NCBI GenBank assembly: GCA_028534125.1
Contig: JAPYYK010000045.1
Coordinates: 248,001 to 312,000 of the forward strand
Length of the DNA stretch: 64,000 nucleotides
Reading direction: 5' to 3'
DNA from: Lama glama
Lineage: Eukaryota
Shown piece by piece: positions 27,394-40,270 of the stretch (the stretch's first letter is position 1; every line of letters begins with the position of its first letter). A program made the position numbers and the translations under genes. The notes below the pieces were generated by a model. That model saw only the letters and a list, made by a program, of their open reading frames with translations. It made no database searches and was not told where the DNA came from.

Positions 27394-28367
27394 CTGGAGA
27401 GGAAGGAGGGAGAGAAACAAGAGTGTCAGTCACAGCCCCAGGAGCAGCACGGCCCCATAGCCACGTGCCCTGGCAGGGAGTGCTGCCTGCCGGGGGCGCC
27501 GCCCCTGCTGCTCTGAGGGTCGCCACAGGCCGGCTCGGGCCGCCACCTGCAGTCGGAAGCCCAGTGCCCCTGACTGGTGTGGAGCACCTGACGAAAGAGA
27601 CCTGGCTCCACCTCCACAGCCTGGTCCTCCGGCCTCGCAGCGCTTGTCTAACCGTCGCTAATCAAGGGCTGGGACTGTCTCACCTCTGGCCTCGCTAGGC
27701 GGCCTGTCTAGTTTCAAACGTGTCCCTGGTAACCAGGCAACTGTGCTGGCCGCTCGATTACTAAAATGCCCACATGAAGCTGAGCGGGAACAGTGGGAAC
27801 AAGGGGGTGAATCAAAGTCCTGAACGTGTGCTTGCAATCAAGCACTGGAGCGTCTGTCTTTGTTTAAAAGCCGAAGTTAATGTTTTATATCATTTGTTCC
27901 TCTTTTCCTCCAAAGCAGTAAAACTGAGTCAGGGGAGCACGTGAGCCGGGTGAGTGTGCGCTGCTTACAGACCTCCAGGCCCTTCACGTTCTCACCACAC
28001 TCCGGAACATTCAGCTAGAATCTGCTCCGTCGTGTGGGGGTGCTGCTGACCTCATGACTCTCTGGGACCCCGGGAGGAGGGGTGATGTCAGACAAGCTCC
28101 CCCACTCACTATATTTGGCTGTCTGGTAGCTGTGACCGTTCCATGTGCCCACCTTCACCACTGGCTGCTGCCTGCCCGCCCCGCGCTCAGTCCCGCTCCA
28201 GGCCCCAGGACGGCAGGGACCTTCCAAATGAGTCACACCCCAGGTGAGCCTCCCTCTGCTCTGTTCCCGACCACGCAGGATTCAGGGCATGACGGGAACT
28301 CCTGAGCTCCGCATGAGGGCCACGGTCGAGACAGTGTGACCAGTCCTGGCACGGCCTGCCCACTTAC

Positions 28368-28480
28368 ATCCTGTGTCCAGAAATTGATGCCTGTGCCTCT
28401 CCGGCGTTCCCTGGGCCGCCTCCTCTCACGGACGGTCAGCCTGTGGGAGGACGCGTCATCCAACTCTGCCTCCTCACCCT
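28368..28480 (-). CDS. PPP1R12B: PPP1R12B exon 17 (left copy), EGEEAELDDASSHRLTVRERRRPRERRRGTGINFWTQD
   Basis: 113 nt with AG/GT boundaries; contains the MYPT RRRGTGINFW motif (counterpart of the MYPT1 T853 site). Confidence 0.95.
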
Positions 28481-28561
28481 CTGGCCAGAGAGAACACAAG
28501 GCACAGGTCTTGAGAACCTGGGGTGCTGCGGGGGGGCCACACTCCCAGAAGCCCTCCTTAC

Positions 28562-28751
28562 CATTTCTGTCCCTCTCCTTTGCTGTCGCAGCGTCCACAG
28601 TCATCTCTGAACTCCCAGGACCTGGGGCGGAAGGGCTGCTCACCCGGAGCAGAGGGGAACCAGGGCAGAGGGAGGGTCGGGCCTCAGAGGACGACGCTGG
28701 CGTCGTGGGCTTGTCGGGCTGAGCTGGACACCTCAGGCGACGAGAGACAGG
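28562..28751 (-). CDS. PPP1R12B: PPP1R12B exon 16 (left copy), PVSRRLRCPAQPDKPTTPAS...AKERDRN
   Basis: 190 nt, CAG acceptor and GTAAGG donor, phase 0 to 1; RLRCPAQPDKPTTPAS matches MYPT2. Confidence 0.94.
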
Positions 28752-29989
28752 CTGGAATGACCCACAGGACGAGACGTCAGAGGTCACGTCCAGCAAAAGG
28801 GCAGGGACCCAGGCTTTTTGAAAACGGGCTTTTCCACACCCAGAGGCTCGCAAGCAGCAGATGCCCACTGAAGAGCTACCGAGCTGGATAATCGGCCAGA
28901 AAGGAAAGAGCCCCTGGACCCCCGCGCTGGCACCGCCGTCAGGTCGACAGCAGCCCAGGACGGCCATTCCTAAGCAGACCAAAGGGCCCAGGAAGCAGCG
29001 CCCGCCGGGTCATAAAACTTCCTCTGAAGCCGGACGACGTCAGGAGGGAGGGTGCACGGCCTTCTTAAGAGGGGAACCGAAGGGCAAGGCGAACCTCGCA
29101 AAGCAGGAGGCTCAGGAATGGGCAGAAACGGCGTGGGAGCTCTCTGAGAACCAGGTCTGAGCACCCCGCCAACTGCCATAACCAGGCTTGCCGACAGGGC
29201 GCCAGGCGCTCAGAACAGCGCCCAGTGCTAAGCACACAGAAGACAGTAGCCGACAAGCGAGCAAAGTAAGCCACAGAGCCTTGGGCGGGCGCTCTGCAGC
29301 CCAGCCGCCCACGGTTAGAGCAGGGCTTCCTTCTCCTGGAACTATGGTGGCCACAAAATTTATCCTCCCATCGGGGACGTGGCACCGAGCGGAAAGGGCT
29401 GGTGCTGACAGTGCAGAGATGAAAGGTGTAACCAGAGCGTCTGGGGACAACCAGGTGTCGTGTTCGTGAGGTTGGGGCGCACGTAAACTCTTGGGAGAGC
29501 AGCACACCGAGCCGTGGAGGCAGCCTGCCCGCGGGCCGGTGCCTGCGAGCCACCGCGCCACTGCGCAAAACGCCAGCAAGCTACTCTCTCGGTGACTCCA
29601 CTTCCTCACGTTTAAAAAAGGGACGGGAATGTCCACCTCCGAGGACTGTATTCAGAATTAAACGCTTTAACACATTTGACGTGGTTCAACAGCGCCTGGC
29701 ACAAAGCGAACAGCGAGCACTTATGTTTCCATCTGCATTTTATCCTCCAGGACCTCTCCTTCCAGGGCAGAGAGTTCAACTCAGCCACTGAACTCACGTG
29801 GTCATTTCACCGTATACCCACGTACCAAACTGTCCTGTGTATACTCAAAACTAACACAATGTTATATGCCCACCGCATCCCAATAAAACAGGGAAAAAGC
29901 AGGAACCAACGCCTGAGGGGAGAAAGAGATCACACGAGGGTAACGAGGCCAGGCCGATGGGCCCAGCAGGGCAGCGCCAAGCGGCTCAC

Positions 29990-30169
29990 CTCTGCATCCA
30001 GACCCCGGCCCCAGGGCTGCGGGCCCTCCGCGGCCTCCTGCTTCTGGGCGCTGCTCTCAAGGCCCCCGGGGACCATGGGCTTCGGGCCAGGCGGCTCGGG
30101 AGCCTGACGCTCTGCCCGCGACTGGCTGAACGTCCTCTCTGCCTCCTGGAGATCAGTGAGGGTCACACC
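29990..30169 (-). CDS. PPP1R12B: PPP1R12B exon 15 (left copy), GVTLTDLQEAERTFSQSRAERQA...QPWGRGLDAE
   Basis: 180 nt, CAG acceptor and GTGAGC donor; GVTLTDLQEAE is the conserved MYPT motif. Confidence 0.96.
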
Positions 30170-30599
30170 CTGGGAAAGTGTCACAAGGTCAGGAGTTTCA
30201 CTCCGGGAAGAACTCGATGAATGAGCAAGAGTTACTCGAAAAGATCTGACAGCAGCAAATTCCAATAAAGCCCCCCAAACACACAGGGCCATTCGGTGTT
30301 CCTGCCTGGCCCCTGCTGCACCGAAGGCCATGGGACTTCACCTCTCCATGGCAGCGGCGGGCTTCTCAGCCCTCCGTGTGCGTCCGGGCCCTCCTCACCC
30401 CTCCCTGCCTCCCTCCTCAACAGCTTCTCCTGCAGCTCACCCTCCTCCGTTCCCCACCACCATCCAGCAGCCTGCCCCCCACCCCCCAACGACACACGGA
30501 ACACACCCCCTCTGACCACGCCCATCTGTTCTCTGCCTGTGACTTTTACAAAGTGTATCGGATGACTTCTTACTTCAGAGCCTCCCATGGGGATCATTT

Positions 30600-31245
30600 C
30601 TTTTTCTAGTAGCATTATTGAAATATAACCCACGTATCATAAACCCCACACTTTGAAAGTGTACAATGCGCTGTATTTTAGTGTCTTCACAGCCCCACCT
30701 CACCTCAGGACATTTCATCTCCCCAGAGAGAGACCACACACCCTCGCGCAGCCAGTCCCCACCTCCAGCCTCGCAAACCCTAATCCACCCGCTGTCTCCG
30801 GGCGTTTTCATACAAACGGAGCAGCCAGGTCTCTGCCACTCAGCGGCTTGTCCTCACTGCAGCGCTGGCGTGTGTGGGACTCCCGTCTTACTGCAAAACA
30901 GTAACTGCCGGTGGACATGGGACGTTTTGTTTGTCCATTCATTAATCAGTGGAAGTTTGTGGGGTTTTCTGTTAACTGCTTAATTTATTTGCTCTGCTCC
31001 ACGGCCTGGCCTGGCCCTCCACCAGCCCCACGATGCCCACCTCGCTGCTCCAGCAAGCCTGCAAACTCCACACCTAAGTTTGGTCTACACAGCAAGTCAA
31101 CGCTGGCAAGAGATGACACTCAGTTTGTGAATAATACTGTTATAAACATCTGTGTGCATGTCTTTGTACAGACGTGTGCTTCTCTGACTTGAGTAGGGTC
31201 ACACGGCAACTCTACGTTTAACATTCTGAGTTACTGCCAGACGGG
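30600..31245 (-). mobile_element. Ancient L1 (L1MB-like) 3' end fragment; mirror copy at 52389-53034
   Basis: TTATTGAAATATAA...TTTGAAAGTGTACAAT...CATTTCATCTCCCCAG and GTGAATAATACTGTTATAAACATCTGTGTGCATGTCTTTG are typical antisense L1M 3' sequence. Boundaries are approximate. Confidence 0.65.
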
Positions 31246-31500
31246 TCTCCTTCAGGAATTCTTAGGGTTGGCCCCTTAAGCACAAGTGGAATGATGAGTC
31301 TTAGGGAGGAAAGGCAGTAAGCCTTCTCCGAGCCAGGAGGAGCAGAAGTGAGAGTTCACCTGGCCCTGTGTGGCGTGCAGCGTCTGCCAGCGCGGCCGAG
31401 AGCTGCACTGCAGCGGCCGGACTGGGGCACTCGTTTCATCGTTTTCTAATCGGATCCAGTGGCACACAGACAAGTGGCCTTCAAGCAGGGCCACGCTCAC

Positions 31501-31591
31501 CTGAGTAGACCTCCGTGTCTGCCGCGCCTGTCGGGAGCGTGCTTTCCGCAAGGACTCGGCTTCTTCATCCCTTACAGGAGTCAGGTACGAC
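31501..31591 (-). CDS. PPP1R12B: PPP1R12B exon 14 (left copy), SYLTPVRDEEAESLRKARSRQARQTRRSTQ
   Basis: 91 nt, strong polypyrimidine-CAG acceptor and GTGAGC donor; contains the RRST inhibitory phosphosite (counterpart of MYPT1 T696). Confidence 0.97.
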
Positions 31592-31989
31592 CTGCAGAGA
31601 CAGAGAAGGGGAAGCAGGAGTGGGACTGCTGCACGTGCCTGAGGGCCGAGAGGTGACTCGCGCTCGAGGATGAAGCGGGCAGTCAACCTGACCGGGGCTG
31701 CAGTGAGGGTCACAGAATCCACGGCGCACTCTGTAACCTGTCACGCAGCATCACATCACTTCCACCTGTGAAGTGAGAACTTCCTTTCCCCCGTCCCATC
31801 CTCGCGCTTTTTCTTTCCTTGTCTTACTGCTCTGGCCAGGGCCTCGGACGTGTGGAAAGGGACTGAGGACGGCAGGCTTCCCGGCTCCGCTCCTGCCCGC
31901 AGAGCGCGTGGTCGGCACATCATCCCCGGGAAGCCCCCCTGCTCCTCAAACTGAAGCAACTCCTTCCCATCCCTAAGAAAGTGGACTGA

Positions 31990-32590
31990 GGCGCTGCTGT
32001 TACCGGTCTGGTTTCAAATCGTTAGTGTGTGACCTTTACCACACGCTTTCCTTCCACATATACTGAGACGGGTCATTCCCTTCTTTCTTCCGTTAATGTG
32101 ATGAATCACACTGAACCACCTGTGAATGATAAAACAGCACTGAATTCTTGGGATAAGCTCAGCCTGGCCATGATGTATCACCTTTTCATACAGGCTTGCT
32201 TTTCACAGAGGTTCAGTATGATTCACGTTATCATTTCTCAATCCGTGCTCACGCGGCAGTCGTCCTGTAAGCCCCCCTTCTCGCGGTAACCCGGCTGGTC
32301 GGAGAACCAGTTACACGGGCAGGGAGGCGTTTTCTCCTGGCGCGCTCTCTGGGAGCAGCCGTGTGAGGTGGGGGTCCTCTCCTCCCTAAGTCATCGGAAG
32401 AGCTCACCAGTGAGGCCCGGGGTCAGTGCTCTCCATAGGAAGGTTTTAAATAAGAGACTCAGTTTCTCTAATAGAATTAGGCCTATTCAGATTTCCTGTT
32501 TTGGTAACATTTGTTTTTCAAGGAATTTTATCTATATTTTCACATTTAGTGGCACAAAATTACTCCTATCCTTATATTTTAATTGTCATC
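31990..32590 (-). mobile_element. Ancient L1M ORF2 fragment next to Tigger1; mirror copy at 51044-51644
   Basis: GGGATAAGCTCAGCCTGGCCATGATGTATC and GAAGAGCTCACCAGTGAGGCC...GAAGGTTTTAAAT...GGCCTATTCAGATTT resemble antisense L1M ORF2. Confidence 0.55.
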
Positions 32591-32596
32591 TTAATA

Positions 32597-34861
32597 CAAG
32601 TATATCTCAGGGCCACCGCAATAAAGTGGATGTTGCAGTAAAGTGAGTCACATGACATTTCTGGCTTCCTGGTGTGCATAAAGGTTATGTTTATACTCTA
32701 CTGTAGTCTACTAAGTGTGCAATAGCATTATGCCTAAAAGACAATGTTCATACTTTCATATACTTTATTGCTAAAAAATGTTAACCATTGCCTGAGCCCT
32801 CAACGAGGCATGATCTTTGTGCTGGTGGAGGGTCTCGTCTCGACCTGGACGCTGCTGACTGATCAGGGAAGCGGCTGCTGAAGGGGTGACGGGGCCGGCT
32901 GTGGAAGTTCCTCAAGAAAGCAGTGAAGTTGGCTGCACTGATGACTCTTCCTTTCACAAACGATTTCTCTAGCGTCCGTGCTGTCTGACAGCATTTTCCC
33001 CGCAGTAGAACCTCTCTCAAAACTGGAGCCCATCCTCCCAAGCCCTGGGGCTGCTGTCTTTGCAACTAAGTTTGTGGGAGGTTCTAGATCGCTTGTTGTC
33101 CTCCCAGCAGTCTTCACAGCATCTTCACCGGGAGCAGATGCCGTCTCGAGAAGCCACCTTCTCTGCTCACCCACAGGAAGCAGCTCCTCCTCTGTGCCAG
33201 TTCAGCCCGAGGTGGCAGCAGTCCAGCCCCGTCTTCAGGCTCCACGTCTCACTCCCGTTCTCTTGCTGTCTCCACCGCAGCTGCGGTGACATCGAACCCT
33301 CCAAGCCGTCCATGAGGGTTGGAACCAACTTCCTCCAGACCCTGTTAAGGCTGACATTCTGACCTCTCCCCACAAACCACAAGTGTTCTTCGTGCATCCG
33401 GAATGCTGAGTCCTTCCAGAAGGCTTTCAGCGGCCTTCGCCATCGAGGATCATCGTCTCTGGCGGCTGCAGCCTGACAACACGTATTTCTTAAATAATAA
33501 GACCGGAGAGTTGAAATGATGCCCTGAGCACAGACTGGGGCGTGCAGCGGCAGCCGGTGCGGACACAGCGTGGACCTCAGCCACACCTCGGGCTGCACCG
33601 GGGCTCGAGGCTGCCAGGTGCCCTGTCAGTGAGCAGCAACGTTTTGAGAGGAGACTTTTTTCTGAGCAGAAGGTCTCTCATTGGGCTGTAAACCGTGCTG
33701 CAGGCAGATGTACTGTCACCCGGGCCTGCTGGTACGCGTTTAGGGCACAGGCAGAGCAGACCTGGCATCACTCTCGAGGGCCCTGCGACTTCAGGTGGCA
33801 AACAAACCCTGGCTCCACATGAGAGTACCCCGCCGCACCAGCCCGACGCATCAGTCTGTCCTGGGAGGCCCTGGGCCAGCGTTCACGCCTCCCCCTGGCT
33901 GTGGAAGTCCTGACGTCGTCTTCTGCCCACAGAAGGCTGTCCGCCTACGCTGAAATCTGCTGCACAGCGTGGCCGCCTTTGTGCGCGAACCTGGCTGGAT
34001 CTTCTGGGGAACCTGCCACCGTGTCTCCAACAACACTGGCTGGCCCACCTGCCCTGATGTTCTGGAGACGGTGACCCCCTTCAGCCTCGTGAACCAGCCT
34101 CTGCCGACTTCACACTCTCCTCCCGGCTGTCCTGGGGCTGAGGTGGGGCCTGGCTCTGGATGAGGCTTTAACTAGGGGATGCTGTGGCTGGCTTAATTTT
34201 CTACCCAGACACTGAAACTTTCTCCGCACCAGCAATAAGGCTGTTCCACTTTCTTATCATTCGCGTGTTCACTGAAGTAGCACTTAAAATTCCCTTTAAG
34301 AAGTTTTTCTTTGCATTCACGACATGGCTAACTGGCTCGAGATGCCAGCTTCTGGCGTATCTTGGCTTTGATGTGCCTTCCTCACCGAACTTCCTCATTT
34401 CTAGCTTTTGACCTCAAGCTGTGGACGTGTGACTCTTCCTTTCACTTGAGCACTCAGAGGCCACTGTGGGTTATCAGCTGGCCTCACTTCAGTGTTGTCA
34501 TGTCCCCGGGAACAGGGAGGCCCGGGCAGGAGGAGACGGAATGGCTGGTCGGTGGGGTGGTCAGACATGCACATTTACTAAGTGTGTGGTCTCACATGGG
34601 TGCGGTTCATGGCACCGCGAAACATTTACAGCAGTAACATCAAAGAACACTGATCACAGACCACCATAACAGATACGGTCACAATGAAGAAGTCTGGAAT
34701 ATTGCGAGAAATGCCAAAACGTGACAGAGACATGAAGTGAGCAAAGGCTGCTGGGAAAAGGAGAGGACAGACTTACTGGATGCAGGGCTGCTACAAACCT
34801 TCAATTTGTGAAAACACAGTGTCTGTGAAGCTCAGCAAAGCGAAGTCGCTACAATTACCTG
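32597..34861 (-). mobile_element. Tigger1 (pogo-family DNA transposon), near full-length, decayed
   Basis: Terminus TA|CAAGTATATCTC...CCACCGCAATAAAG...GTGTGCAATAGCATTATG. Frameshifted transposase fragments resembling Tigger1/TIGD1: VVNAKKNFLK...NTRMIRKWNSLIA, GIISTLRSYYLRNT, SFERGSTAGKMLS. Confidence 0.9.
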
Positions 34862-34974
34862 CAGCACGGTTCTCAGATGCTTTTGCTCTGAGGGCCCTTC
34901 TACACTTCACCCTTTACCGAGGACCCCAAACAGCTGCTCGTGAGGTGCATCTATCACTATCCACCCTACTAGGC

Positions 34975-35250
34975 ATTAAAACTGGGAAACTAAACAATAT
35001 GCATTTACCGATTCATCTTAAAATGACAGCCCTATAACGTTACTATCAATAACTTACCTTTTGTGGAAAATAATTAAATTTTGCAAAATAAAAAATTTAG
35101 TAAGAGTGTCATTATTTTACATTTTTGTAAATTACTTTAATGCTGGCCTAACAGAGGCCAGCTGGATTTTCACATCTGCTTCTGCTTTCAATATGCTGTA
35201 ATGTATTGCCGTGCAGGATGTGCAGTTGGAAGGGCCTTTTCAGATAATCA
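34975..35250. mobile_element. Charlie1-like hAT transposon fragment; mirror copy at 48384-48659
   Basis: AAATTTAGTAAGAGTGTCATTATTTTACATTTTTG...CAGCTGGATTTTCACATCTGCTTCTGC...CCTTTTCAGATAAT resembles the recalled Charlie1 consensus. Confidence 0.6.
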
Positions 35251-36464
35251 CAGACGTTACAGCCCTGCCCCTCCACTTCCCGCCGATGACCTTGGGTGGA
35301 ATACCCCGTGGGTCGCATACAGTGCTGACACTATCAGCTGTAGCAGGTGTCAGCAGACGGTGGGAGGATTCTCGTGAAGACTGAATGAAAACCCACATGG
35401 CACCCGTGAGCTCTCGGGTGGCGACACCGTGCTCCCGCGATGCTCACCCCGCCAACAGCTCGCACTGGTAACGCAGGAAAGAGTCCAACACCCCGTCTAA
35501 CAGGAGTTGCCCTAAGTTACTTTCCTGCAGGTGGATAATTCACTTGGAGGAGGTCTTGACGCCTTTGAAAATACTCTCCATGCAGGTCCAAAGGGCTGAG
35601 TAAATAAAACATGGCAAAGAAGAGAGAAACGCCCACGGAGAGAACGAGGCTGCTCCCCCGAGCGCTGAGAGGGTAAAACGCTCACCTTGCGCCCACCAGC
35701 AGTGAACTGGGGCTCCCACCCCTAACATCCACACAGAAGGGCGGAGGGGGCCTCAACTCCAGGCAGGGGGACTAAGCTGGGCCTGTGTGTCGTGGCGCTT
35801 GGGGCGCCGGGGCCATCACCACAGACGAGCCGACCGCCATTCTGGGGACGACGTCCTGCGTGTGAGGATACACATGCAGAGTGGTGTGTTTCAGTGATGC
35901 CAGAAGGAACTTTAACGCCAGCCTAGAAGCACACGTGGACAGCCACAGGGGAGGGCATGAGTGAGAGCCATAGGCCAAAGACCTTATGACTTCAAGAAGG
36001 CGCTGGATCTGATTTCAAGATTTGAGGCAGTAAAATTACTCCTACCTTACAGACGAGCTGAAAGGCCTAAGAGTCACGTGCACCCAGGTCATGGTGCAGC
36101 TGGGCCAGACCCAGAGGGGCTGTGACCTGGGCTCCTGCCACCCCTGCAGCCTCTTACCCTCTCCATGACACAGCCTAATCTCCCACCACCACCTTGTCCG
36201 GAGCAACACGTTTCTTGCCTCAAATCTAGTGATATCAGGAGCCGCGGGTAAAGACGTCTCATAGGAAACTTCTAGCATCCCCTGATGTTCTCCACGTCCT
36301 CCACAACCAACACTACTCGCTCCTGGAATCACGCCTCGGGGCTTATCGTCCACGTGACCAAAGCCATGCTGAGCGGGGGCCGGGCAGGCTCCGGGGCGGG
36401 GTCTCCTTGCCAGCTCTAACTGGAAGGGGCGCTCGGGCTGAGGCTCAGTGGGAAGGACGCGCAC

Positions 36465-36560
36465 TTGGGTCTGGTGTCCACTGTGCCACTAACTGCTTTT
36501 GTGACAAGAGAATCATTTAACTTCTGGGACCATAATGTCTTCACTTCCACAATGAGGGCC
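36465..36560. mobile_element. MIR-like SINE core; mirror copy at 47074-47169
   Basis: CTGTGCCACTAACTGCTTTTGTGAC...ATCATTTAACTTCT...AATGAGGG resembles the MIR core. Confidence 0.4.
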
Positions 36561-38689
36561 GAGTCTGCAGTGTTCAAGCGCCCATCTAACTTTACACCAC
36601 AGTAAATCCGTACTCATGCAGGCTCCGGACAAACGGCCTCTAGGTCTGTGCCCCCAGCCGCCTACTCACTGGTCCTGGTCAGACACTCAGTCCCCTGTGT
36701 TCACAGGTCACCTCTTCAACACGGCCAGCAGCACCCTGGTGGTGACGCGGAGCTGCCCACGCAGCCCAGTATACTCACACGTGGCCCGCGAGACTCAAGA
36801 CACGGCTGGTGTGCTGGAGGAACTAACTCTTAAGTTCACTGAACCTTCATTTAAATCGAAGCAGCCACATGTGGCTACCAGCTCCCGCGCCAGGCAGCAC
36901 AGCTGGGCCAGCCCCAGAGTCCAGGTCAGAGGCACCACTCCCAGGCCCTGCTCATGTGATGGGGACCGGACAGACCCAGATCGCCGGCCAGCTCCGTTTA
37001 AAAGCTATCAGTCTCACTGCCCTCACAGGTGAAGCCTCATCTTCCCTATGCTTCTCGGAAGCACTGTCTTTGGAGCCGCACTTCTGACATGGTGCCTGTG
37101 CTGCAGTGGAAGGGCAGGGACCCACTTCCAGACTCACATCAGGCGCCTGCAGAGCTGCTCCCCGCCGCAGCCTCCGCAGGCCCACGTGCCTCCCCCGCCA
37201 CCCTGCCTCCCCTCCGTTACCTCCCTGCGCTGGCCTGCAGGGCAAGATGACGGTCAAAGGCCTCTGGAGATGAACAGCGAGGCAGGTAAGTGGTGGCTGG
37301 GAAGACGGCAGGCTGAAAACCCGGCCTCCTGGGAAACTGTCCCACAAGCAGAGGCAAAGCCTGTAATCTGCTAAGAAGCTGCTGCTGAGAAGGAGGGGAA
37401 GGCCAAATCTTGGGGCTACCAGTTCCCAAAATACGTGCCATTAGCTGCGTATTTCACACCCTGTACCAACCACCAATCCTCCTCCCCGCTTGCAGCAGGG
37501 AAGGAGGACACCCCACCAGCCCGCGGCTGTCCCCCTGCTGCCTCCATCCCAGGGAGCTGTGAACAACGCCCTGCTGGAAGCCGGGCGTAGCCGACCAGCA
37601 ACTGTCAACATAGGAGAAGAGACGGGAAAGGGAAACACACGGCAGACAGACAGACACAGGGACAGACCTCAGACCTGACACAGAGGAGAAACAGCCCTGC
37701 TCAGTCTGGTGTGCTGAGTTCAGGTCAGGAAGACCTGGGCCGAGTATGTGCACGCACTGGGGTGTGACCTGACTACCATCTACCTGTGTTCTAGTCTCAC
37801 ATGCCAGGCCACCCTCTCTAATTCAACACTGAGACCAGAGCCGAAGTTCAAGCAAGGAACCAAAGCTACAGCTCTGCTAACCAGGATGACGCAGAGGGCG
37901 GCGGGTCTCCCCACTAAGCCATGCATTTTCTGCCCCTCTGGACCAGCAATTCTCCACAGGCACAAAGAATCGTTTGGCCCAAGATTTTAACAGCGCCAGG
38001 TCCGCAGTAAAGGGCCACATGGTGGATCCTCGACTTTGCAGGGCTGTCCCATGAGCCTGCCGGAGCACCGGAGGGGCTGGGGCGAGGCGGCCGGGCCGGA
38101 AACCGTGCGGCCCACAGAGCCCAGAAGACACACTGTCTAGGCCCTGCGGCTCCCTGCTCCAGACTCCAAGCCACACGGCACCGAACCACGGCTCGGAGAA
38201 CTCCCTGTCGACGCTGTGCAGACACGGCGAGCCCGGGTTCTCCGCCGGCCTGAGGACGGCGCCTGTTGTCCCGCGCGCTGTGCTTCTGAACGCCGTCCCG
38301 CGGAACACATTCCAGGCGACGAGACTCGACTCGCGCAGGTGGCTCTACAGTTATGCAGGTTCAGCGCGAGCGCTTTGGATCCAGAACGGCAGATTCAAGC
38401 CCCCACACAGGGGTGCTTTACTTCACACCCCGGCCGCGTGCCTCCAGCCGGGCAACTGTGCCAAACACTCATCGCTGATTATGACACACATCAGGTCCGA
38501 GTCAAAGCACCACTGACCTCTTTTAAACAAGAAAATCCAGGAAAGTCAACACACAAACTATTCACGGAAATAACCCAGCTCTCAAACAAACAGGGACAGC
38601 AGTCAGACAGCTTATAGAACACCCACACGACAGAGCACGACCCGGACGCTGTAAGACACCCTGGAGACCACCACAGACGCGTCACCTGC

Positions 38690-39300
38690 CAAATGTTAGT
38701 ATCTAGACTGTACCAAGAACTTACACCAACCAAAAACACCCGCCAAACCCAACAGGAAAACACAGTCAACAAAGCGTACAACCAAGGAATTCACAAACAC
38801 AGGAAAGCCAGAAAGCCTACAAGCACGGGAGGAAAGAGTCAGTGTCACTCGTCGTCATGAAATGCAAGTAAAAACGAGGAGAAACCACTCCATCTTCCCA
38901 AGGTCTGCAAAAACAAAAAGCACTGGCATCTCTAAGCACAACGTGGGCCACAAAGAGCTGGAGACCCGCCTGCTGCAGGGGGCCGGGGTCCCCAGTAAGT
39001 GTGCGCTTGTCCCCACGCCCGACAGCCTCAGCGTCCACTGGGAAACAAACACCCTCGAGAAACTCGCTCATTTGCACAAGGAAACAGGAGTGAGAATGCA
39101 CAGCAGCACCGTTAATACTAGAGGGAAAAGGGAAATGACCCGAGTGTCCACGAGCAGGTAAAAACCGAAACCAAACTGCGGGGCACAGCACACGAGGGCC
39201 TCGAGCGAGCGTCCCCGTGAGAACGTGGGCTTGGGATGGCCGTGTAGACAGTGAGACGGTCCACGCAGACCATCAGAGCATCACTTATCACACGGGGCGG
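38690..39300 (+). mobile_element. Highly decayed L1 ORF2 C-terminus/3'UTR; mirror copy at 44334-44944
   Basis: A-rich; ORF 38862 MQVKTRRNHSIFPRSAKTK resembles L1 ORF2 MQIKTTMRYHLTPVRMAIIK. Confidence 0.55.
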
Positions 39301-40153
39301 TGTGCGTGTCCACACACGAAGCAGTGACAACCAACAGTCTCGAGCGATGCGCACAAGTTCAGGACGGAGGCCACCTCTGGGGAGGGGTTGGGGGTGAGGC
39401 TGGAGACACCAGCATAAACTACGTCTCTCATGTTTTACTTGAAAGGGTGAAGCCAGCACAGCAAGTGCTGGGACGTGACACAGCTGCAGGATGGATACAC
39501 TGGCTGTTGGCAGTAGTAATAATATTCTAAAAGGAAAGACTGTGCACGGTTTGATCTCAAGGCAACTATGACACAGAGACACTGCAGGGACGCTGCTGGC
39601 GGTGAGCGTGCGCATCACCCTTATTTCCTGCCTGAGATTTACGTGCCATAGAAAATGTGATAAACGCCATGGACTCAGACCCCTTGGCTGCGCCCGCCTG
39701 GAACGGGGCTCCAGCGGCTGTAACCGGCCTCCCTCGGGGAGAAGGGCCCTGCGAGCAGGAGGAGCCCCTAACCCTGGTTTTTAACCTTATTCAACACTAG
39801 CCTGTTTTCAACAACCAGACCCAAAATGTCATTTCCTCCCAGGAAAAAGAAAACTATTTATACATAAGGAAATTTTGCCAGCACTTTTGGGGATTTCTGG
39901 ACGTTTCTGAAGCTCAGGTTCAGAAGAGAAGAACCTGCAGGACCCAGCCAGTTACCTTCAGGGGAAAGTAAGTGTGAACAGTGTCTCCTTGAGCCACCCC
40001 CATGCTGCAGAGTCCAACTCCTTGAAGGCTCAGCGGCACTTTTAAAAGTTAGGCTTCCTGAGGAGTAATTCACATACAGCAAAATGTGCCCTGAACTATA
40101 TACAAGTCTAAGAGTTCTGGTAAGTGTGTCACAATCAAGAAACAGAACAGCTC

Positions 40154-40270
40154 GGGGGGAGGGTGTCGCTCAAGCGGTAGAGCACGTGCCTAGCATGCAC
40201 ACTGTCCTGGGTTCAATTCCCGGTACCTCCTCTAAAATAAACACATAAGTAAATTTAATCACCCCCCAAA
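40154..40270 (+). mobile_element. tRNA-derived SINE, Vic-1-like
   Basis: GGGGGGAGGGTGTCGCTCAAGCGGTAGAG...GGGTTCAATTCC, with TSD AAGAAACAGAACAGCTC / AAGAAATAGAGCAGCTC (17 bp, 2 mismatches). It appears to be inserted in an old L1 3'-end fragment. Confidence 0.85.
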
